DNA of 64,000 nt from Patescibacteria group bacterium (GTDB lineage Bacteria; Patescibacteriota; Patescibacteriia; Magasanikbacterales; GWA2-37-8). The position numbers and the translations under genes were made by a program. Shown here in pieces: positions 1-9,200 of the stretch; the stretch's first letter is position 1, and each line of letters begins with the position of its first letter. The stretch lies in contig JBAZUP010000002.1 in NCBI GenBank assembly GCA_041661385.1, positions 78,670 to 142,669 of the forward strand, in the 5' to 3' direction. Below the pieces are notes generated by a model. That model searched no databases. It was given only the letters and a program-made list of their open reading frames with translations, and was not told where the DNA came from.

Positions 1-1
1 A

Positions 2-583
2 ATTGTCAGTGAACTGATCTTCGGCAAGACCATTGTTTTTCCGACCGAAACTTCCTATGGTCTTGGGTGTGATGCTACCAATCAGACAGCCGTAAATAAA
101 ATTTATCTCATTAAAGGACGACCGGATAATAAACCTCTGCTCATTGTCGTGCCGAATATTGAAATGGCAAAAAAAATATTAGCATGGAATAAAATTATTG
201 ATAGGCTGGCAGAAAAATATTGGCCCGGCGCGCTCACGATAGTCGGGGAGGCGACTAAGACCGAAAGTTGGGCGACTAATCTTGCGCGCGGAGTGATTTC
301 CGAGGATAATACCGTCGCCGTTCGGGTTACGGCTGATCCGCTTCTAAAATCGATTACCGAAAAATTGGGCCGGCCGCTTGTTGCTACTTCGGCAAATTAT
401 TCTGCCGAAGGAGATAATTATCGGGCCGATGAAGTTATTGAAAATTTTAAAGATAAAGATGCGCGGCCGGATATAATTTTAAATAACGGCGAATTGCCAA
501 AAAATTTACCCAGCACTATTGTCCGGGTTTATAGCGATCGGTTTGTAGTAGTGCGACAGGGAGAAATTAAAATTTCCATATGA
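2..583 (+). CDS. tsaC: L-threonylcarbamoyladenylate synthase, TsaC/YrdC family (5'-partial, continues upstream of window)
   Basis: Reading frame is open from position 2 (IVSELIFGKTIVFPTETSYGLGCDATNQ...). YrdC-like motifs are present: KGRPDNKPLLIVV and ATSANYSAEG. The TGA stop overlaps the next ATG (ATGA). Confidence 0.8.
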   Translation: MVSELIFGKTIVFPTETSYGLGCDATNQTAVNKIYLIKGRPDNKPLLIVVPNIEMAKKILAWNKIIDRLAEKYWPGALTIVGEATKTESWATNLARGVISEDNTVAVRVTADPLLKSITEKLGRPLVATSANYSAEGDNYRADEVIENFKDKDARPDIILNNGELPKNLPSTIVRVYSDRFVVVRQGEIKISI

Positions 584-1722
584 ATCGACGAATCAGCCCA
601 AAATTATTAATATTGTTTCTTTCTCTAGCGACAATTTTTAGTTTTTTTATTATTGCAAAAGCCTGGCAGACCGCGAATGCGGAAATAGATTCAATGTTCT
701 ACCAAATTAGCGAAACACCTACCACAACTGAATTTGGCAGATTGCAAAAACCGGAGAAGCAAACGGTGAAAGGTGTTTACCTCACGGCTTATTCGGCCGG
801 CAGTTCGAAAAAAGTCGGAGAAATTATTGATCTTATAAATCGTACCGAGCTAAATGCGGTGGTGATTGATATTAAAGATTATAGCGGTCTGGTTTTGTTT
901 AATACTAAAAATGCTCTTGCAACTGATTTGCATTTGAAAGATAATCGTTATCCGGATTTAGCAAAGACAGTTAAGCGTTTTCATGATAATAATATTTATG
1001 TAATTGCGCGGCAAACTGTGTTTCAGGATCCGGTCCTTGCTGAAAAAAAACCCGCTTGGGCAATCAAAAAAGTTGGCGGTGGTCTTTGGCGCGATCGCAA
1101 AGGTCTTGCTTGGGTAGACCCAAGCAAAAAAGAAGTTTGGGATTATAATGTCGCGCTCGCAAAAGAAGTGATTGAATATGGGGTCGATGAAATAAATTTT
1201 GACTACATTCGGTTTCCCTCCGACGGCAATATGAAAACCACGGTTTATAGCAACACCAGTACCAAAAAATATAAGGTAATGGGAAATTTTTATAAATATT
1301 TAACAACCAAGCTTGCTGATGAACCGGCTTATCTTTCTTTTGATATGTTTGGATTTGTGATGGAGAAAAAAGGGGAGGACGATATGAATATTGGCCAGCG
1401 TATGGAAGATGCTTTGCCTTACGCGGATTATATTTGCCCGATGATGTACCCTTCTCATTATCCACCCGGTCATCTGAAGCTCGCGAACCCGGCGGCATTT
1501 CCAGCCTTGGTTTTGAACCACGGTCTTACGCTTGGGGCGCCGCGATTCGAAGGTAAAAAAGCCGAATTGCGCCCCTGGATTCAAGCGTTTGATATGGGGG
1601 CAATATATGATGGAGCTAAAATTCGCGCTCAAATCAATGAAGTGGAAAAATTTACTTCGGCCGGTTGGTTGCTCTGGAACGCTTCCAATCGTTATACCGC
1701 CGCCGGTCTGAAAGCAGAATAG
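580..1722 (+). CDS. secreted or membrane-anchored putative glycoside-hydrolase-like TIM-barrel protein (DUF4015/GHL-type)
   Basis: N-terminal hydrophobic segment, then VKGVYLTAYSAGS...LNAVVIDIKDYSG, typical of GH-like DUF4015 proteins. Family assignment is from memory, not searched. Confidence 0.45.
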   Translation: MNRRISPKLLILFLSLATIFSFFIIAKAWQTANAEIDSMFYQISETPTTTEFGRLQKPEKQTVKGVYLTAYSAGSSKKVGEIIDLINRTELNAVVIDIKDYSGLVLFNTKNALATDLHLKDNRYPDLAKTVKRFHDNNIYVIARQTVFQDPVLAEKKPAWAIKKVGGGLWRDRKGLAWVDPSKKEVWDYNVALAKEVIEYGVDEINFDYIRFPSDGNMKTTVYSNTSTKKYKVMGNFYKYLTTKLADEPAYLSFDMFGFVMEKKGEDDMNIGQRMEDALPYADYICPMMYPSHYPPGHLKLANPAAFPALVLNHGLTLGAPRFEGKKAELRPWIQAFDMGAIYDGAKIRAQINEVEKFTSAGWLLWNASNRYTAAGLKAE

Positions 1723-1723
1723 T

Positions 1724-2575
1724 ATGCCTTCTTTATATAGCCACGTCCACATTCAGCACCTCGCTACCAAATACGGTCTTCAACCCGGGCGCACCTATGG
1801 ACAGAATTTTTTGATTGATGAAGAAGTGATACGAAGAATTATCACACTTTCCAATGCTGACCGAACGGATACGATTGTTGAAATTGGTCCGGGGTTTGGC
1901 GTGCTCACGACCGCTCTTGCCGAAGTAACTGGCCGAGTGATTAGTTTTGAAATTGAAAAAAAGTTAAAACCTTATTGGGAAGATATTCAAACAAAATTTC
2001 CAAATATCGAAATTTTGTGGGGTAATGCTTTGAAAACATTTCCGGAAATAGCCAAGGGTCTGCCCGATCATTATAAGGTGGTAGCAAATTTGCCATATCA
2101 AATTACTTCGGCGGCGATTCGAATGTTTCTAGAAGTGCCGCATCCGCCGTCTAAACTTACTTTAATGGTTCAAAAAGAAGTCGGAGAAAGAATTTGCGCG
2201 GCTCCGGGGCAGATGTCGTTGCTTTCGGTGTCGGTACAGTATTATGCCGAACCGCATCTTGAACTTACTGTGCCAAGCAGCGCCTTTTGGCCGCCGCCAA
2301 AAGTTGATTCAGCGGTAGTTACCCTGCGCCGGCGCGAAGGGGTGCGATATTCACCGGAAGATGAACAGTTTTTTGCGGTAGTTAAGGCCGGTTTTGCAGC
2401 TCGGCGCAAACTTCTCATAAAAAACCTGTCTGGGTATGCCGGCAGTAAACACCGTAAAGAATTAATGGAAATTTTTGCTAAACTTAAGCTTCTTCCTACT
2501 GCTCGCGCTCAGGAATTATCGATGCCGACTTGGCGCGAGCTCGCAAAGGAAATAAATATTCTTCGTCAGAATTAA
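1724..2575 (+). CDS. rsmA: 16S rRNA (adenine1518/1519-N6)-dimethyltransferase RsmA/KsgA
   Basis: GQNFL motif, EIGPGFGVLT SAM-binding motif, NLPYQITS. Confidence 0.9.
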   Translation: MPSLYSHVHIQHLATKYGLQPGRTYGQNFLIDEEVIRRIITLSNADRTDTIVEIGPGFGVLTTALAEVTGRVISFEIEKKLKPYWEDIQTKFPNIEILWGNALKTFPEIAKGLPDHYKVVANLPYQITSAAIRMFLEVPHPPSKLTLMVQKEVGERICAAPGQMSLLSVSVQYYAEPHLELTVPSSAFWPPPKVDSAVVTLRRREGVRYSPEDEQFFAVVKAGFAARRKLLIKNLSGYAGSKHRKELMEIFAKLKLLPTARAQELSMPTWRELAKEINILRQN

Positions 2576-2640
2576 TTATCCACTTACGAGCGAAGGGGAT
2601 TTATGCTATACTAACAATCGTATTCTAGCATTTCGCGCTT

Positions 2641-3234
2641 ATGGCGGAAGTACAACCAGTAGCGCCGATTCCGAGGCTAAGCCGTGAGCAGAAAATGGGT
2701 TTTGTTTTCTTGCTCGTTTTTGCTGTCGTCGGATTGGTTTTAGGGATATTGCAAATACGAAATACTTTGTTTGCGCCGTTCGCTCTTTCCAATGTGGTTC
2801 CTGCTTCAGTAAAAGAAAATATAAATGATGTAGAAAAATTACGGTACCGGGATACCGACAACGATGGACTCACTGATTTTGACGAAACTTACAATTATGG
2901 TACTAGCCCATATTTATACGATTCATTTGGCTATGGATTAAGCGATAAAGACGTTATAGAAAAGGGTTTACCACGCTGCGCAAATGCCGGCAAGAATTGC
3001 GCAACCGAAGAAACGGTTATTACGGCGGCAAGCGCCTCGTCTAGCGCTCAGTCAATAATAGGTGAACAGCCAATAGATATAAAAAATATTATAAACGATC
3101 CAAAACAAATTCGGGAAATGCTTTTAAAAAATGGTATGACCAAAGATGTGCTCGATAAGGTAAATGATGCGGAGCTGCTCGTAATGATTCAAGAATTAAT
3201 GGCAAGTACAACCTTATCAACATCTACAAATTAA
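2641..3234 (+). CDS. hypothetical membrane-anchored protein with Asp-rich Ca-binding-like motif
   Basis: N-terminal TM (FVFLLVFAVVGLVLGIL). DTDNDGLTDFDE thrombospondin-type-3/dockerin-like motif. Ends 4 nt before the giant gene. Confidence 0.4.
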   Translation: MAEVQPVAPIPRLSREQKMGFVFLLVFAVVGLVLGILQIRNTLFAPFALSNVVPASVKENINDVEKLRYRDTDNDGLTDFDETYNYGTSPYLYDSFGYGLSDKDVIEKGLPRCANAGKNCATEETVITAASASSSAQSIIGEQPIDIKNIINDPKQIREMLLKNGMTKDVLDKVNDAELLVMIQELMASTTLSTSTN

Positions 3235-3237
3235 TTT

Positions 3238-6200
3238 ATGCGCGATAGGTTTAGAAAATTTTCAAAATTAACGCTAGTGTCGTTATTTTTATTTGTTTTA
3301 GTTTTTGGTGATTTAGTATTAATGAATAGAGTTAATGCGCAGCCGGATGGTTCGGTCGCGGATTTTGCGGCCTTAGATGCAGGAGGGGGTGTTCCGGTAA
3401 CAGATATTGGTGCGTCGGTTTCACGATTGATGTCGAGTATTAAAGCCTTAATTAAATCCGCCTTGATTAGCGGCGGTATTCGAGCGGCTTCATATGCGCT
3501 TCGAAAGGTTGCGTTTGATTCTGCGGTTTGGGTGGCATCTGGTGGCAAAGGTCAAAGTCCGCTTGCACATACTGGAGGATTTGGCGGTTATTTAAAAAAT
3601 GTGGGCGATGAGGCTGCCGGAACTTTTATTTCTGAAATGAGTAGTAAAGCGGGGGTAAACCTTTGTAAAGTGCCGGATATTAAAATTGATTTAGCCATTA
3701 AAGTCGGTCTTCGTACCAGATTTGGCGGCGGACCACCGGCCAAACCAGTCTGTACGCTCAGCCAATTTACAAAAAATTGGAGCAGTGGTGAAGCTTGGAG
3801 CAAATATTCCGATCCAAACAAGCTTGCAAAAAGTTTTAGTTCGAGTATTATCGCCAATGATAGTGATTTAGGTATTTACATCGCGGCCACGGAAAAAATA
3901 AATAATAAAATTATACAACAAAAAGAAGCGGCAACTTTAGATCGACAAGAAGGTGATGGTATTAAATCTCTAAATACCCTGATTGGAGATCAGATAAAAA
4001 CTCCCGCTGCTCTTGTAAAAAAAACAGTCGAAGGTCTTGATCCGGCAGAAACCCTTAAAAAAAATGAGGCCTTGTTAAACTCCGCTTTAGCAGGTGGTGA
4101 TGCCAAGGTTTTTCCGGCAGTATTAAGTATTTTTCTTAGTACTTTAGGCGGTACAATTCTTAATAATTTTCAAACAAAAGGTATTTTGCCAACCGGTATG
4201 TGTGCCGGGGGTATTGGCGGACCTGGTTGTAGTAATGGTTCCGGGTCTTATAATAACCCGCTCTTTAACGAAAGCGGGGAGGGTCTTACTTCACTTGGCC
4301 GGGCAGCGGCAAAAAGTTTTTTTAATTATTTAACAGCGGTTAAAATCAAGGAAGTCAATCGCTATGATTTGGCTTCACAGCTTAACAGCTGTCCGGATTC
4401 GCCGGGTATTTATAATTGCCGCGCGGGAGATGATTTAACAAATGCAATCGATCAAAAAATTACTATTGAAGACGCGATAAAACTGGGTATACTCGATGGC
4501 AACAAAAAATTAATTCCGGATGATGTTAAAACTCGTTCAATAAGCAATGATTTGAATTGTTATTTAAGCGCTTATTGTTTGAATAATGTAAAAGTTTTAA
4601 GACAGCTCAGAATTTTACCGCTAGGTTTTGAAATTGCGATTTCACGTTCTAATCCTAATGATTTATCCACGCTAAAAAGCGTGGTTGATGCGTTTAACGA
4701 TAAAAATTCCTCTTTTTATCATCTTATTGATCCGCGCTGGGTGATAAAAGCTCCCGAAGCAAAGTGTAATGCGTTGGTAAATAGCGCCAGTTTGCTTGGA
4801 GCAGATCTGCCAGCTCGTCTTCAAGATTGTGTTGATTTGCAAACCTGTGTCGGTTACGACAACAACGGTAATTGTATCGATTATGGATATTGTACTCGTG
4901 AACAAAATACATGGAAATTTCCCGCCGATAAATGTTCGGAGCAATTTGCGACTTGCGCGGTATTCCAAAATTCAAAAGGAAATTCTGTAGGTTATATCAA
5001 ACGCACCCTCGACAGCGCTTACTGCACCCAAAGTAATGATGGCTGTACCGCTTATAGTCTTTCAAGAAATTCACTCAATCAGTGGGTCGCTCCGCAATTT
5101 CCAGCGACAGCCAGCGCGAACGCCGGAATATTTTTAAACTCTAAAGCTGAAACAGATTGTTCGGCGAATTCGGCCGGGTGTTCAATTTTTAAAATTGCTT
5201 CCGCGAATTCCAATGATTATTTGAATATTAAAAAAGCACCAGATTATTTAGGGTGTTACGATAGTAACCCTGCAACTCCAGCCATAGACTGGCCGCAAAC
5301 AGCTATTGATCTCGGCCGGCTTTCCACCAATTCAGAATGTAATAATTATGCAAAAGCTTGTACAGCCGATGAAGCCAGTTGTAATTGGTATACTCCGAAA
5401 AATGGCGGTATCAAATTGCCGGGCCGATTTGTTCCGGCCGTTGTTACGACTTCTTCCGTAATTTGGAATGATCAATGTGACGCCCGTTGCGAGGGGTATA
5501 ATGTTTACCGCGAAATGCCAAGTAATTATTCCAATGGTCAGGATCTTGCTTATATAATTCCTTCTTCCGGCAAAACTTGTGTTGCGGAAGACGAGGGTTG
5601 CTCTAGCTTTACGAATCTGAGCACTGCTGTCGGCGGGGTAGAAAATACCGAATATTATTCTTATCTCCGGCCTTGTATTACCATGTCCGAAGCGACCAGC
5701 ACAGTCGCAAAGACCTTTATTACTTATGAAGGTTCCAAAGAAAATGGTTTTCAACTTCATACTTATTTAATGTTGTTTAACCAAGGCACAACGGACGTTC
5801 CACAAAACGGACCAGCTGGCTCGCCAAAATATTTTTATAAAGATCCGGCCGAACTTGCCTCGTTAAATAATGAATGTACCGAGCAAAGATATAAAGACGG
5901 TGTCGCATCGCTTGATTGTCGCCAGTTCAATGACAAAGACGGCAATATTTATTACCGAATGATTTCGCATACGATACCCGCGAATGAAAAATGTACCGGT
6001 TATCGTTTGAACGACCCGGAATTTTATGTTGATGCAACGATTGTAACGCCCGATGCCTGTCAAACTCGACTGGGTAATTGGACCAATTCTGGCGGTGCGA
6101 ATGTTTGTGAAATGTGTGTTCAAAATGGTGAATACCGTAATGGCGCCTGTATCTATTCTGGAATACCAACCGGCGTTCAAAATCCGGCCGGTGTCAGTCG

Positions 6201-9200
6201 CTCTTGTGGCGCTTCGGCAGATACTTGTCGCGCCTACAAAGGCAATGCCGGAAATAATATTCAAACCGTCTTTAGTGAAAATTTTGAAACCGCGAGTTCT
6301 AGCGACGGTTGGGTTGGTGGTGGATTCAGAGCGTTAGTTTCTACCCGCGTGGGTGAATATTCATTTGAACATGATGGCGGCGGTGCGTTTAGTAAGTCTC
6401 TCACTTTGGAACCTGGCAAGAGCTACGATCTTACCTTCTGGGCTTCGGCCGCGAGCATGGCCAATGTGACAGTGTCTTTGAATAATGGCACTGCGAATAC
6501 CATGGGTGTAGTAAGTGTCTCCGGTGTTTGGAGGCAATATCACCTTGGCACTATTGAATTAAAAGGTGCTAATCCGTCTGTGCAATTAACCTTTAATCAC
6601 GCGGCGGGCGATTCGATATATCTAGATAATATTAAATTGGTAAAAGTTGCCAGTTATTTATACTTGGTAAAAAATTCTCTTAGCGTTGATCCGGTTTGCG
6701 ACAGTATTCCAAATGATAATTTACCTGGAGAGGCGCTCGGCTGTTCGGCTTATTCCGATCCGCAAGGTCGCTCCTTCTACCTTACCAACTTTAGTTTCCT
6801 TTGCCGTGAAGACGCGATTGGCTGTACCGCTCTCTTTGATACCTTTAATACTGAAAGCACTTTACCAGAGGCGTATCACGTTTGGATTCCGGGAGCCGCC
6901 AGCACCACTGTCAACGGGTCAATTCCTGCTCCATATTCCTGTAAGATCGGCGATGGTCAGAATGGTTGTTATGTAGATATTAAGGGATATAGTTTGAGTA
7001 CAATTCGGGCGGCACTTAATGGTAGTGTTGTTGCTTCAACTGTTTATATCCCCGGCGACACTCCAAGCTCAAGTCCGGTATATCTGGTCGCAAATAAAGC
7101 CGCTTCTTGTAATGAGGTTGATCTTGGTTGTTCACTTGCCGGCAAGCAGGTGTTTGGTTCAAATGGATGGCAGTTTATGACCACCACCATAAAAAATGTT
7201 CCTGCGTCTTATGCCGATACGCTTTGTGAGAGTCAGGCAACCGGTTGTAGCGCTTTCTCCGAAGGTGATTCCATTTCATATTTTAAGGATCCGTCCGTAG
7301 CAGGACAAACCTTATGTGCTTATCAAACCGATGTGCCGGTCGCAAATGGCACTTCGGGTACGAAACGGCAAAATGGCTGGTTCTTGAAAACCCGAGTGGG
7401 AATTTGCAGTAATAGTTCGAGTTTAACTTGCCACGAGAATACAGCGGCCAGTGACTGTGGTGTGGGTACCGCGGTTTGTACCCAATTAACCTACGATCCA
7501 TGCTATCCGGCCGAGCCGCAAACCACTATTGGTTATGATTTATTATCCTTTGGAACTACCGGTTATCAAAATATTGTTGGCGAGTGTCCGTCCGATCAAA
7601 ATAAATGTACTGAAATTATTGATCATGCCGGCAATTCAAGTAACAGAAAAAATTATTTAATATTTGACGACAAACTTACTTCGGGTGACTGTGCCGGGCA
7701 AGTAAGTCAAAAGCTGGGGTGCGCTCTTTTTGATCAAACGGATAATCCGATAAAATTATGGCACACCACCAGCACCTATGCGTTTAGCGAAACAGTCGAA
7801 AATGTTTTGGTTTCGCCATCTTCAACTTCAAACAACGATGCAAATTTAATTTTGAAAGTAGTCCCAGATCGTTCTTGCGGAGAATGGCTCTCGTGCGGCA
7901 GTTCATATTCAGTTTACGATGATCAAACCGGTAAATATCGAAATGTTTGCAATCGTATCCAACGCTGTAATGGCTCCACTTGCAGTGGCGTAAATGCTAC
8001 TTATGCTAATTCTATTTTAAACTCAGATATTTATACAGCACGAACCACCACTTGGGCTGGTATGGATTATGCCGGTTATTCGCTCTTGGGTTTTTATCCG
8101 GTCGAAAGATTTGACCAGGTAAACATGGTAACCTCGACCGACAACCCCGATTGGCGCTTGGTAAAGAAAGTTCCGTGCGGCGTTATTAGCGGAGTCAGTA
8201 ACTGTACTACCGGTAGTGTAAATATTTATAGCTGTGGCGAACCGAGCGGATATGTCGATGGTTTACCATGTGGCACTGAATCAGTACCGGGTGTATGTAT
8301 GAATCACATTTGTGTTCAGCCTCCAACCGGTGTAGACACTGCTATCACTCAGCAAGAACTTGCCGATATTTCGCCAAGTCACAGTTGCCGAGCTTATCCC
8401 GAATCCGATTCGCCATTCCCACGCACTCAAAAAATTATAAACGGCGGAGCATTTAGTGGTGTCCATATTTGTAGTGAAGAAAATCCAAATGGCTGCGAAT
8501 GTAATTATCGCAAAGTTTCTTATGGCGATTCAATTATAAAATATTGGAATTATTCCGGAAATGATTCAGTCGATTCAAAAATCGGCAATTTAAACGGTAA
8601 CGATCCGGTTGGTATTTGTTTGGGCGGTACGGGAGAGGGTAATAGCTGTTCAACCGATAGCCAATGCCCCGAGGGAGCTTGTCAGTTTAAATCGGGCACA
8701 GTGCGAAAACTTTTGGGTTGGAAAGGTTTTTGTTTAGAAAAAGATACTAGCAGAGTTTTGAATGCTGACCCGGCCGTAAACCCATGTCTCACTTGGTTCC
8801 CGGTAGAATCGCTGGTCGGTGCAGCCGATATATATAATCAGCATACCGAGGCGGGCACAGATTGGCACGCGACTCCTCACAATGGCGGATATTATTGTCT
8901 TAGTTCCTCCGGAACTTCCACAACCAGAACCGCCAGAATCGCATTTTCACCGTCTGGTCTTTTTGCACAGGATCCTCGTCAAGATCAGTGTGGCAACAGA
9001 GGTGCGTTTGGATTAGCTGATTGCAAAACTGAAAATTGTGGGAATGGTTGTAACTATCAATATACTAGGGAAATATTTTCCAGAAATATTATTGATATAC
9101 CAAGTCAAACTGAAATACTTGAAAATAATACGAGTAGAGCTTATGTAGCAGCTACTGATTTAGTTGGAATTAAAAAAGAAGATATTGGCGTTATAAAAAT

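Noticed and set aside
3588-9016. Small ORFs on other frames or strands inside the giant gene (e.g. 4672..4968-, 5332..5760-, 6053..6337+)
   Set aside because: They are embedded in a continuous 7.9-kb ORF with consistent composition and no independent signals.
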